Part shown: piece after piece, positions 49,143-58,311 of the stretch
Layout of the letters: every line of letters starts with the position of its first letter
How positions within the stretch are numbered: the first letter of the stretch is position 1
Assembly: GCA_965202985.1 (NCBI GenBank)
Contig: CBDBCF010000002.1
Location: forward strand, 1-64,000
Length of the DNA stretch: 64,000 nucleotides
Origin: Longimicrobiales bacterium
GTDB taxonomy: Bacteria > Gemmatimonadota > Gemmatimonadetes > Longimicrobiales > Gaopeijiaceae
Direction of reading: 5' to 3'
Program-made: the position numbers and the translations under genes
The notes under the pieces: generated by a model
Database searches by the model: none
What the model was told of the DNA's origin: nothing
What the model saw: only the letters and a program-made list of their open reading frames with translations

Positions 49143-51029
49143 ATGAAGCACCGAACCGCCGCGGCGCTGGGCGTTGGCTTGACGGCCGTGCTGGCCTCGG
49201 CCGGCGCCTTGGTCAACGGATTCGCCTACGACGACCTGCCCATCGTCGCCGAGAACACGGACATCCACAGCCCGGCCACCCTGCCCGGAGCCGTTCTCGA
49301 TCCCTACTGGCCCGGTCCGCGCGGCCGGGAGCTTGGCCTGTGGAGGCCGCTGACGACCGGAGCACTCGGCCTTCAGTGGCAGATGTGGGGCGGGTCGCCG
49401 CTCGGCTTCCACGCAACGAACGTGCTCCTCTGCGGCGTGGTCGCGACGCTGCTGTTCGTCCTGATCTCCGGGCACGTCATGTCCCCGTCGGCGGCGTTCG
49501 CTGCGGGCCTGCTGTTCGCCGCGCATCCCGTGCACGTCGAGGCCGTGGCCAACGTGGTGGGCCTCTCCGAACTCTTGTCCGCAGTCTTCTTCCTTCTTGC
49601 CTGCATCGTCGTGGCCCGCCGTCCCGAGCCTGGGGCCATGACGGCCGGGCCCGTGGTCGTGGTGGCGCTCCTCTACCTGCTGGCACTCCTGTCCAAGGAG
49701 AGCGCCGCCGGGTTGCCGGGGGCCGTGCTCGCGGTCGACGCCTGCCGACGGAACGGAACCCTGCCCGGCGCCGGCCCCTACCTGCGCGACCGTGGGGCGC
49801 TCTACACCGCGATGGGAGGCGTGGCGGCACTGGTCCTGGCGGCGCGGTTCCATGTCTTGGGCAGCCTGGCGAGCGCCTCGCCGCCCCTTGGGGCCGAGGT
49901 CCTGGCGGAAGGAGGCGTGCCCCGCATCTGGACGGTGCTGTCGACCTGGCCCGAGATCGTTCGCCTGTTTGCGTTTCCGTTGCGGCTGTCGGCGGACTAC
50001 GCCCCGGCCGTGATTCCGCTCGCGCACGGGTGGACGTCGCGGAACGTCCTGGGGCTCGCGGCCGGGCTCGCCACGCTGGGTTGCGCATGGCTCTCCTGGC
50101 GGCGCGGGGGAGAGGCGCGCGCGGTCGCGTTCGGCGTCCTTTGGTTCGGCGCGGCCTACCTGCCGGCCTCCAACCTGCTCTTCCTGACCGGCACGTTGCT
50201 GGCGGAACGGACCCTGTTTCTGCCGTCCGCAGGGTTCGCGGCTGCGACCGGGTGGTTGGTGGACCGGTTCCGTCGTCGGCGTCCCCGCGCCGGCGTCCTG
50301 CTGTTGGTGCTGGCGACGGGCCTGCTCTTCGGGCGGGCGGTCGCCCGCGCGCCGGCGTGGAAGGACAACCAAGCCGTGTTCTCGACGCTCCTTCGCGACC
50401 AACCACGGTCCGGCCGGGCCCAGTGGGTGGCGGGAGACCTGTACCTGGAGCAGAGCGAACACGCTCGGGCGCTGGCGGCCTACGGGAGCGCGACGAGACT
50501 GCTGGGCGGAAGCTACGCGCTGCGGTCCGCCGCGGGCCGGCGTCTGCTGGCCGCCGGGCTCGACGGGGCGGGGGAGCAGATGCTTCGCGGGGCGTGGCGG
50601 GACCAGCCCCGAATCGGCGACGCGCCGGCTCGGCTGGCAGCGCTCTACGACCGTCAAGGGCGGTGGGTCGAAGCCGAGGCTGCTGCGCGGGCGGCGCTCG
50701 CGGCCGGGGCGGGAAGCGTGGTCCAGGGTCACCTGCTCGCGCGAGCGCTGGCCAGCCAAGGCCGACATGCCGAGGCGGCGGAAGCCCGGAGGGCGGTCAT
50801 CCGCTCCGGAGAGGACCGGTGGCAGCAGTGGGCCTGGTTGGCGGAGGCGGAGTTCGCCGCCGGGCGGTTCGTCGAGGCGCTGGACCACCTGGACTCGGCC
50901 CGCGTCCGCACCGACAACGCCCAAGACGTCGCTCGGATCGACTCGATCCGCGCCCAATACCGCAAGCTGCTTCGAGAAGGAGACCTCAAATGCAATCTCA
51001 AAACGGATTCACGCTCATCGAACTGCTGA
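49143..51029 (+). CDS. TMTC-like (DUF1736) GT-C membrane glycosyltransferase with C-terminal TPRs
   Basis: FAYDDLPIV, WRPLT, HPVHVEAVANVVG, LLSKE, LSADY, YLPASNL, AERTLFLPSAG, WKDN; helical TPR-like tail. Confidence 0.85.
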   Translation: MKHRTAAALGVGLTAVLASAGALVNGFAYDDLPIVAENTDIHSPATLPGAVLDPYWPGPRGRELGLWRPLTTGALGLQWQMWGGSPLGFHATNVLLCGVVATLLFVLISGHVMSPSAAFAAGLLFAAHPVHVEAVANVVGLSELLSAVFFLLACIVVARRPEPGAMTAGPVVVVALLYLLALLSKESAAGLPGAVLAVDACRRNGTLPGAGPYLRDRGALYTAMGGVAALVLAARFHVLGSLASASPPLGAEVLAEGGVPRIWTVLSTWPEIVRLFAFPLRLSADYAPAVIPLAHGWTSRNVLGLAAGLATLGCAWLSWRRGGEARAVAFGVLWFGAAYLPASNLLFLTGTLLAERTLFLPSAGFAAATGWLVDRFRRRRPRAGVLLLVLATGLLFGRAVARAPAWKDNQAVFSTLLRDQPRSGRAQWVAGDLYLEQSEHARALAAYGSATRLLGGSYALRSAAGRRLLAAGLDGAGEQMLRGAWRDQPRIGDAPARLAALYDRQGRWVEAEAAARAALAAGAGSVVQGHLLARALASQGRHAEAAEARRAVIRSGEDRWQQWAWLAEAEFAAGRFVEALDHLDSARVRTDNAQDVARIDSIRAQYRKLLREGDLKCNLKTDSRSSNC

Positions 51030-51388
51030 TCGTCCTCGTCATCGTCGGCATCCTCATGGCGATCGCCGTACCCCAGTTCTCCGAGACTCGGGAGAAGGCG
51101 TTCTTCGCAGCCATGAAGGCCGACGCGAGAAACATGGCGAACCAGCAGGAGCTCTACTACACCGACAACTACAGCTACAGCAGCGATCTGTCGGCGCTGA
51201 GCTTCGTGTCGTCCGAAGGCGTAACAGTAAGCCCGGCGGGGACCACGTCGGGATGGTCGGCCACCGTCACGCACGACGCCCTGGGCGACGAGGAAGGCTG
51301 CGCCATCTACTACGGCACCGTGGCGGACAAGCCCACGATCGGCGGAAAGACGCCGGAGGCGGAGGGACAGGTCGTATGCACCAGTTGA
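50990..51388 (+). CDS. pilA: Type IV major pilin
   Basis: SD GAAGGAG; MQSQNG|FTLIELLIVLVIVGILMAIAVP; C-terminal Cys pair. Confidence 0.9.
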   Translation: MQSQNGFTLIELLIVLVIVGILMAIAVPQFSETREKAFFAAMKADARNMANQQELYYTDNYSYSSDLSALSFVSSEGVTVSPAGTTSGWSATVTHDALGDEEGCAIYYGTVADKPTIGGKTPEAEGQVVCTS

Positions 51389-51852
51389 GGCGCGGGAGCA
51401 GGTTGGGGCGCCGAACCGGCGGGGGACGCGGCGGATTCTCTCTGATCGAGCTGATGCTGGTGCTCGCGTGCGCCGCGGCGCTGGCGCCCCCGCTGGCGGG
51501 TTCGGCGGCCAAGCTGCGACGGGACTTCGAGCTTCGGCAGGCGCAAGAGGAGGCGGCTCGCCTTCTTGCCTTGGCCCGGTGGACCGCCGCGGGCACGGGC
51601 GGGGCCGTGGTCGAGCTGGTGGCGGACCCGCCGGGGGGAGTGGTCTTGTCCGCCGCGGGCGACACGGTGGCGTCGGCTCGGTTCGGAAGCGGAGGCGCGA
51701 CCTTGCGGCTTTCCAGGGACAGGGCGTCGGCTCGGCTGCGCTTCGGTCCGCTGGGGCTGGGTCTCGTGTCCAGTCAGACGCTCGCCTTTTCGGCGGCGGG
51801 CGAGGAGCGGTTGCTGGTCGTTTCTTCCCTGGGCCGCGTGACGCGGCGATGA
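51376..51852 (+). CDS. FimT/GspH-like minor pilin
   Basis: GG|FSLIELMLVL; C-terminal VVSSLGRV. Confidence 0.75.
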   Translation: MHQLRRGSRLGRRTGGGRGGFSLIELMLVLACAAALAPPLAGSAAKLRRDFELRQAQEEAARLLALARWTAAGTGGAVVELVADPPGGVVLSAAGDTVASARFGSGGATLRLSRDRASARLRFGPLGLGLVSSQTLAFSAAGEERLLVVSSLGRVTRR

Positions 51853-52196
51853 ACCGCACGGGGGCGTCGCTGGTCGAGGTCGTCGTGGCCGCCGCGCTGC
51901 TGGGCGTAGGGCTTTCAGGCGTGGCGGCGCTGACCGGCGCCTCGGCCCGGACGCTCGGTCGCGCGCGCGCCATGGACGACGCGCGCTTCGTCCTGGAGAG
52001 CTTCGCCGATTCCGTGCTCGCGACGGGGGGCGGGACGCCCGGCACGGGAGCGCGGCAGCTGGAGGCCGGAGTGCTGAGCTGGGAGTTCGCCGCGCCCGGG
52101 ACGACGGGTTGGGTGAGCTTTCAGCACGTGGCCCTGCCGGAGCCGATGGTGATCGACTTCGCCGCGCCGGCGCCCTTTCGCGCTGCGGCGCCGTGA
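51849..52196 (+). CDS. PilV-like minor pilin
   Basis: MNRTG|ASLVEVVVAAALLG; ATGA overlap. Confidence 0.7.
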   Translation: MNRTGASLVEVVVAAALLGVGLSGVAALTGASARTLGRARAMDDARFVLESFADSVLATGGGTPGTGARQLEAGVLSWEFAAPGTTGWVSFQHVALPEPMVIDFAAPAPFRAAAP

Positions 52197-52909
52197 GCGG
52201 GCGGGGCGGCTTCATGACGGCCGAAGCCGTGGTTGCGGCGACGCTCCTGTTGCTGTTGATCCAGGCGGCGTGGTCGGTGGTGGCCGTGCAGGGCGGGGCG
52301 GCCGTCCGCGTGGTGGAGGGCGCTCGGGTCTTGGAGGAGACGCGCTTGGTCGGGCACGTCCTGGGCCTTGAAGTGCGGCCAGGGCTGGCCGGTCGAGACT
52401 GGTCGGTTGCCGGGGGCGAACTGCGGTTGCGCGCGTTCCGCGGACTGGGCTTCGCATGTCCAGGCCAGCCTCCCGCCGGCTGGGGCGTGAACGTTTCCGG
52501 GCACCGCAACCCGGACCCGGACAAGGATTCGGTGCTGGTGGTCACGGCCCAGGGCGTTTGGCGGACGGCGGCGCTCGCGCGCCGGTCCAGGGGCCGCAAC
52601 CTGAACTGCCCGACGGCGGTCGGCTTTGCGCCCCAGGCATGGCGACTGGAACCGGCGGTCGCCGACGCAGTGGCGGGGCTGTACTTCGAGCGGGGATCGT
52701 ATCGGCTCTCGGACGGCGCGTTTCGCTACCGTCGCGGTAGCCGCTGGCAACCCCTGACGAGCGCCGGGCTGGCGATGGACTCGACCGCGTTGTCGGCGGT
52801 GGGCGGGGGCGTCGGCGTCCGGCTGGATTGGAAGAGCAGGGACGGGTCCGCCCAGGGTCGGGCAGCCGTGCCCTCTTCGCGTCGCTGGACCGCGTGGGGC
52901 CGCAGGTGA
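52193..52909 (+). CDS. PilW-like minor pilin
   Basis: RGG|FMTAEAVVAATLL; GTGA overlap. Confidence 0.65.
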   Translation: MSGRGGFMTAEAVVAATLLLLLIQAAWSVVAVQGGAAVRVVEGARVLEETRLVGHVLGLEVRPGLAGRDWSVAGGELRLRAFRGLGFACPGQPPAGWGVNVSGHRNPDPDKDSVLVVTAQGVWRTAALARRSRGRNLNCPTAVGFAPQAWRLEPAVADAVAGLYFERGSYRLSDGAFRYRRGSRWQPLTSAGLAMDSTALSAVGGGVGVRLDWKSRDGSAQGRAAVPSSRRWTAWGRR

Positions 52910-53919
52910 CCGGCGCGCCGGGCGGCGACGGGCGGGCGGGCTTTGCCCTGATCCTGGTGTTGCTGGCGCTGCTGGCCCTCCTAGGGATCGCTTCGGCCGC
53001 TGTGGCGGCGACGATGGCGCAAGTTCGGGCCGCGTCGGTGGCGGGGCAGGTGCTGGCGGCGCGCGCTGCGGCCCGGAGCGAGCTCGAAACGGTCTTGGCG
53101 TCCACCGTCGGGGCACCCGCTGCTTCCGTAGGCGGGTCGGCCGTGGAGCTTGCGGCGGACACCTTCCGAAGCAACGGGTCGTGGACGGTGCTGGACCTTC
53201 GCCTGTCCACCGAGATGCACCTGCTGGGCGGCGAAGCCGTCACGGGCGGCCGCGTCGGATACCGGCACTGGCGCGCCGTCTGGTGGATGGACCCGGACGC
53301 CCGCGTGGCCGCGCACCGAGCCGTGGTGGAAGGCGCGAGCACGGCGGTCGCGGCCGGAGCCCGAATCGAATCGACCCACCTCTTGGGCAGCCGACCCGAC
53401 GTGCCTGCGTGCGACGGACGGCCGGTCCTGGACGACGCCTTCGGCGATCCCGGCTTCCCGCCGACGGGGCCCCTCTCGGTGTCTCCCGACCGCGCGCATC
53501 GCCTGGGGTTGCTGACGTGGCCAACCCTGGTGTCGCTCGCCACCGTCAACCTGTCGTCCGGACCACCGCCGGCCGGCTCCTGTCCGAGCTGCTGGCAGGG
53601 CTTGGTCGTCGGATCGGGAGCCACGGAATGGACGGGCGCGGGCCGTGGCGTGCTGGCCGTGGACGGCGATTTGGCGTTGAGCACCGGCGCCTCGTGGACC
53701 GGGCTCGTGCTGGCCGCAGGAGATGCCGTCCTGCGGGACGGGGCCAAGGTCACGGGACTTCTCCGGGCCGGCGGGCGGGCGGTCTTGGAGTCCGGGGCCG
53801 AGGTGGTCGGCTCGGCGTGCGCGGCACTGTCCGGAATCGCCTCGGCTTCGGCCTTGCGGCGCCCTCTGGCGTTGCCCGGTCCGCACTGGGCGGAGCCCTT
53901 CGCTGCGGGGCCGCGGTAG
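52906..53919 (+). CDS. PilX-like minor pilin
   Basis: RAG|FALILVLLALL without E5; C-terminal GVLAVDGDL..TGLVL; GTGA overlap. Confidence 0.7.
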   Translation: MTGAPGGDGRAGFALILVLLALLALLGIASAAVAATMAQVRAASVAGQVLAARAAARSELETVLASTVGAPAASVGGSAVELAADTFRSNGSWTVLDLRLSTEMHLLGGEAVTGGRVGYRHWRAVWWMDPDARVAAHRAVVEGASTAVAAGARIESTHLLGSRPDVPACDGRPVLDDAFGDPGFPPTGPLSVSPDRAHRLGLLTWPTLVSLATVNLSSGPPPAGSCPSCWQGLVVGSGATEWTGAGRGVLAVDGDLALSTGASWTGLVLAAGDAVLRDGAKVTGLLRAGGRAVLESGAEVVGSACAALSGIASASALRRPLALPGPHWAEPFAAGPR

Positions 53920-53924
53920 AGGTC

Positions 53925-54980
53925 GTGAGGTTGTTCGCTCGGCGGAGGACCACGCTCGGCCTGGACGTGGGAAGCGGCCACGTCAAGCTCGTGGAAGTGG
54001 ATCACCGAGGAAGCGAGCCTCGGGTCTTGCGCGCGGCTGCCCGCCCCGTGCCTTCGGGCGCCGTGGCCGACGGCGAGGTGGCGGACCCGGAGCTGCTGGC
54101 GGAGACGATCCGAGAGCTGGTGCACGAATCGGGCACGCAGACGCGAGAGGTCGTGGCGGCTCTGGGCGGGCATCACGTCTTCGTCAAGAAGGTGGAGATG
54201 CGCGCGACGCGAACCGACTTCGGGAAGGCCGTGCGGAAGGAGGCCGAGCGCCACGTCCCCTTCGACATCGACGGCGTCGAGCTGGACTTCCACCAGCTGA
54301 GCGGCGCGTCGCACGGCGGGGGACCAGCGAAGGACGGCGCGGTGGAAGGGCTGCTCGTGGCGGCCAAGCGGGAAGTCGTGGACGAGAAGGCAGCTCTCCT
54401 GGCCGAGGCGGGCCTCAGCGCGGTCGTCATGGACGTCGAGGCCTTTGCCCTTCACAACGCCTTCGTGCACAACCACGCTCAAGCCGCCCAAGGCATGGTC
54501 GCGCTCGTGGACGCCGGCCACCAGACGGCCAGCGTGAGCATCGCCGAGGACGGCCTTCCCTTGCTGTCCCGCGAACTCGTCGCCGGCTGCCGAAGCCTTC
54601 GGGGCAGCCTGGAACGCGAGCTCGGCCTTCCACCCGCCCGCGCAGAGGCGGTGGCGCGCGGTCGCGAGCCGCTGGACGGCTTGGCCCGGTTCGTGGACGT
54701 CATGGCTCAAGAGCTTGCGGACGCAATCGAGAGAACCTCGGCGTTCCTTGCCAAACGGCGTGCCGGCATGGGGTTGGCGCGCATCTTCCTGAGCGGCGGC
54801 GCAGCCTGCGTACCCGGCTTGGCCGAAGGCTTGGCGACCCGAACCGCCGTCGACACCCGACTTGCGAACCCCTTCCTCCGCGTGCGCCTCGCCCCCGGCG
54901 TCCATTGCAGCGGCCTGTCCCTGGAGGAAAGCGCTCCCATGCTGCTCCTCCCCCTGGGCCTCGCCCTCCGTTCCCTGTAG
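53925..54980 (+). CDS. pilM: Type IV pilus assembly protein PilM
   Basis: GLDVGSGHVKLVE, VPFDIDGVELDF, LVAAKRE, IFLSGGAA, ANPF. Confidence 0.92.
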   Translation: MRLFARRRTTLGLDVGSGHVKLVEVDHRGSEPRVLRAAARPVPSGAVADGEVADPELLAETIRELVHESGTQTREVVAALGGHHVFVKKVEMRATRTDFGKAVRKEAERHVPFDIDGVELDFHQLSGASHGGGPAKDGAVEGLLVAAKREVVDEKAALLAEAGLSAVVMDVEAFALHNAFVHNHAQAAQGMVALVDAGHQTASVSIAEDGLPLLSRELVAGCRSLRGSLERELGLPPARAEAVARGREPLDGLARFVDVMAQELADAIERTSAFLAKRRAGMGLARIFLSGGAACVPGLAEGLATRTAVDTRLANPFLRVRLAPGVHCSGLSLEESAPMLLLPLGLALRSL

Positions 54981-54990
54981 CGGCGTCATC

Positions 54991-55656
54991 TTGATCGAAA
55001 TCGATCTCCTCAAGGCCGGCAAGAGGGCCCGAAATCGACGGCCCAGTCGCCTGGACTCGGCCGTGTGGAGCCTCCAAAGCCTCATGGCCGACCCTTGCGT
55101 CGTGTCGTGCGCCGCGGCCGTCGTCGCATGCGTCGCGGTCTCGGGTTACATGCTGCTGTCCGCGCCGAAGCGCCGCGCCGCGAATGCCGCCCCGTTGGAC
55201 CGCGCGGTGCAGGACTCGATTCGACATGCGGCCGAGCTGGCGACGATCGGGAACATGCAGCAGGACTTGAATCAGATCGCCGGATGGGTCACGGCCGTCG
55301 AGAAGATCGATCGACGGCGCTACGAGTGGCCCCGGATCATGAGCGAAGTCGCCGGATTGCTCCCGCCCGAGGCATGGATCGTTCGCCTGGACCGGTCCGC
55401 TCCCGGAATGCCGACCGGGTTTCGGATCGAGGGGAGGGCGTGGAGCGAGGAAGCCGTTGAAGGCTTCCGGGACGGCTTGGATTCGTCGCCCTCCATGGTC
55501 GGCGTGCAGGTGGTCGCCGTGGAGCAGGTGACGAATCCCGCCGAAGGCACCGAGTCCGGGCAACGCTATCATCGCTTCCTGCTGGACGGTGGCTACGAAA
55601 TCGCGGTCGCGGATGCCGCCGATCCGAGCTGGGGCGGGTCGGAGGCTTCGCCGTGA
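54991..55656 (+). CDS. pilN: Type IV pilus assembly protein PilN
   Basis: IEIDLL (INLL-like), TM, coiled coil, WPRIMSEVAGLLPPEAWI; gene position. Confidence 0.8.
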   Translation: MIEIDLLKAGKRARNRRPSRLDSAVWSLQSLMADPCVVSCAAAVVACVAVSGYMLLSAPKRRAANAAPLDRAVQDSIRHAAELATIGNMQQDLNQIAGWVTAVEKIDRRRYEWPRIMSEVAGLLPPEAWIVRLDRSAPGMPTGFRIEGRAWSEEAVEGFRDGLDSSPSMVGVQVVAVEQVTNPAEGTESGQRYHRFLLDGGYEIAVADAADPSWGGSEASP

Positions 55657-56261
55657 GCCTGCTTCCCGCCGACCCGGCGCGACGGAACGCGGTCCTGGCG
55701 GCGCTCCTGGCGCTGTCTTCGATCTACTTTGCCTACACCTATGTCCATGGGCCCGCCGTCGAAGACCGCGAACAGAGCGAGCGTCGGATCTCCAGCCTGA
55801 AGGAGTGGAACTCGCAGGCGGCCGAGAAGGCTGGAAGCGACGCTGGTCTCGGGCCGCGACTGGCCAGGTACCAAGAGCACGCCGCGCGCCTGGAGCGCGT
55901 GGTCGCCACGGAGCGAGAACTGGGCGGGCTGCGAGATGTGGTGTCGCGCGAGGCGCGTGCGGCGGGCGCCGAGGTTGCGTTCATTCGCCTGCTGAGCCGC
56001 GAGGCGGACGAGTTCTTCGAGCTCCAAGGCTACGAGGCGAGAGTCACGGGGGACTACCACGCGATCGGGCGATTTGCGACGGCCGTCGCTTCGCTGGAAA
56101 GGATCGTGGTGCCCGTCGTCGTCGCCATCATACCGGCCGACGGACCCTCGGGAACCGACAGCGGCCAAGTGGTGGCCGACCTGGAGCTCTTCGTCCCCGT
56201 CTTCGTCCCGGGCAAGAGCGCCGTCGACGCGGGCGATCCCGCCGAAGAACCCCTTCCGTGA
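55653..56261 (+). CDS. pilO: Type IV pilus assembly protein PilO
   Basis: TM plus coiled coil; GDYHAIGRFATAVASLERIV. Confidence 0.82.
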   Translation: MSLLPADPARRNAVLAALLALSSIYFAYTYVHGPAVEDREQSERRISSLKEWNSQAAEKAGSDAGLGPRLARYQEHAARLERVVATERELGGLRDVVSREARAAGAEVAFIRLLSREADEFFELQGYEARVTGDYHAIGRFATAVASLERIVVPVVVAIIPADGPSGTDSGQVVADLELFVPVFVPGKSAVDAGDPAEEPLP

Positions 56262-56308
56262 AGCAATCCGCAATCAATTCGGTCCGCAACCAATTGGAGA
56301 CTCTTGCA

Positions 56309-56785
56309 ATGAAGAAACGGATGGAATTCCTGTTCGCCGCGGCCGTCGCCTGGGGGCCGGGTTGCCGGCCTGGGGGGCAACCGCCGACCGAGACGTCCTC
56401 GGTTGCGCCGCCCCAGGCGTCGGCAGTCCCGCCCGCACAGTCGCAACCCGAAGCGTTGCCGTGGGAGCGAGATCGGTTCGAGTACGAAGCCGACGACGTG
56501 CGAAACCCGTTCCTGCCCCCTCGCCGGGAGGTTCCGCAGGGTCCGCGCTTCCACGAGCTGGTGCTGCTGGGCGTCGTTCTGGCTTCGGATGCGGAACGCG
56601 GCGTCGCGCTCCTCCGGGCAGGCAGAACGCGTGGGTCCCCGACGTTCCGCGTGCAGCCCGGAGAGGAACTGGGAGAAGTGCGCGTGCTTGCCGTGCGACG
56701 CGACAGAGTGGTCGTTGCCGTCGAAGGGCAGGCGGGCGAGGCCGAGATCGTGCTTCCTCGGCGCGCGGACGGGGGCGGATCGTGA
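56309..56785 (+). CDS. pilP: PilP-like lipoprotein
   Basis: GPGC lipobox-like, RNPF, RVQPGEELG; lies between pilO and pilQ. Confidence 0.65.
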   Translation: MKKRMEFLFAAAVAWGPGCRPGGQPPTETSSVAPPQASAVPPAQSQPEALPWERDRFEYEADDVRNPFLPPRREVPQGPRFHELVLLGVVLASDAERGVALLRAGRTRGSPTFRVQPGEELGEVRVLAVRRDRVVVAVEGQAGEAEIVLPRRADGGGS

Positions 56786-58272
56786 GGCGGCACGGCTTGC
56801 GCTTCGGACGGTCGCCCAACCACGGCCGTCGCGATGGACGGCCGACGTGGCGCAACGTGAAACCGCGCCGTCTGGTCGGCTTGGGTTCTTGGCTTGCGGT
56901 GCCGGCTCGGTTGGCGCTTGCGGCGGGCGTGACGCCGACGGATGCGCTTGTGCCGACGGCGCTTTCCGCCCAGGAGGCCGTCGCACAGGATGCCCCCGCG
57001 CCTGCGGAGGCGCAACGGGTCACGGTGTCCTTCGCCGATGCTCCCATTCGGGACGTCCTGTTCACCTTCGCGGAGTTTGCGGACCGCTCCATCGTGGCCG
57101 GCGCCCGCGTGGACGGACTGGTGTCGGCGGAGATCCGCGACCAGCCGTGGGACGTGGCGCTCCACGCGGTGCTGGAGGCGCACGGGCTGGTGGCTCGCGA
57201 TACGGAGAGCGGGATCGTGCAGGTGGAGGATGCGCGGAGCCTCTTCGAGCGAGAGGCCGTCGTCCCGCTGGAGACGCGGACCTTCCGCGTGGGCTACGCC
57301 TCCGCCGTCGAGATGCAGGACCCCGCGGCCGCTCTTCTGAGCGAACGGGGCCGCGTGTCCGTGGGCGAAGCCGCCAACGCCCTGGTGGTGACCGACGTGC
57401 CTAGGGTGCTCGCCGCGGTGGAAGCGCTGGTCGCCGCCCTGGACGTGCCGGCGCCGCAAGTGGACATCGCCGCCCGGATCGTGTTCGTGAACCGCACGGG
57501 CCTGGAGGAGTTCGGGATCAGATACGACCTCAAGGACCTGAACGGCAACCAGCTCAACTCCCTGGCGCCGGGGGTTGTCGACGGCGAGCAGGTGGACCGG
57601 GGAACCAACGTCGTGTCCTTGCGCGGCACCTCCCTGGCCGCCCTGGGCAACGCCACGCAGCGCGTGTCCAGCCCCACGCTCTCCCTTGTGGCGTCGTTGG
57701 TCATGGGGAAAGACATGACCCTGCTCGCCTTCATCGACGCGCTCCAGTCGGTCCAGCTCGCCGATGTGGAGGCGAGCCCGTCGGTCCGCGTCCTGGACAA
57801 CCACACGGCCAAGATCGTCGTGGGCGAAGAGACGCCCGTCCGGGTCGTGGACGCCGGGGCGCAGGGAGGCGGCGCGGAGGGCGGTGGTTCGGCTCGCTCG
57901 GGGCCGGTGGCCACGGTGGACTACAAGGAGACCGGAGTGATCCTGGAGGTCACGCCCCGAGTGGCCCCGAGCGGCGACGTGCACTTGGACTTGGTGGCGG
58001 AGCGTTCTTCCGCGGACTTGGGGCCGTCGGACGTGGGCCTGATCTTTCGCCGGCAAAGAGCCGAATCCCGCGTGCTGGTGAAGGACGGCGAGACGGTCGT
58101 GATCGGCGGGCTGATCGTGGAGGAGACGAGCGAGGCCTGGGCCGGCATCCCCGTCCTGATGGACCTTCCCTGGCTGGGTGCCCTCTTCCGCTCCCGACGC
58201 GAATCGCTGGTGGAGAGGGAACTGATCATCCTAGTCACGCCGACCGTTGTGCGCGCGGAGGCGCCCCAGTGA
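56782..58272 (+). CDS. pilQ: Type IV pilus secretin
   Basis: FADAPIRDVL, PWDVAL, QVDIAARIV, TGVILEVTP, VKDGETVVIGGL, GIPVLMDLPWLGALF, ELIILVTP. Confidence 0.92.
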   Translation: MRRHGLRFGRSPNHGRRDGRPTWRNVKPRRLVGLGSWLAVPARLALAAGVTPTDALVPTALSAQEAVAQDAPAPAEAQRVTVSFADAPIRDVLFTFAEFADRSIVAGARVDGLVSAEIRDQPWDVALHAVLEAHGLVARDTESGIVQVEDARSLFEREAVVPLETRTFRVGYASAVEMQDPAAALLSERGRVSVGEAANALVVTDVPRVLAAVEALVAALDVPAPQVDIAARIVFVNRTGLEEFGIRYDLKDLNGNQLNSLAPGVVDGEQVDRGTNVVSLRGTSLAALGNATQRVSSPTLSLVASLVMGKDMTLLAFIDALQSVQLADVEASPSVRVLDNHTAKIVVGEETPVRVVDAGAQGGGAEGGGSARSGPVATVDYKETGVILEVTPRVAPSGDVHLDLVAERSSADLGPSDVGLIFRRQRAESRVLVKDGETVVIGGLIVEETSEAWAGIPVLMDLPWLGALFRSRRESLVERELIILVTPTVVRAEAPQ

Positions 58273-58311
58273 GCCCCGACCGCTTCCCCGGCGGTGGCGG
58301 CTTGGCTATCT

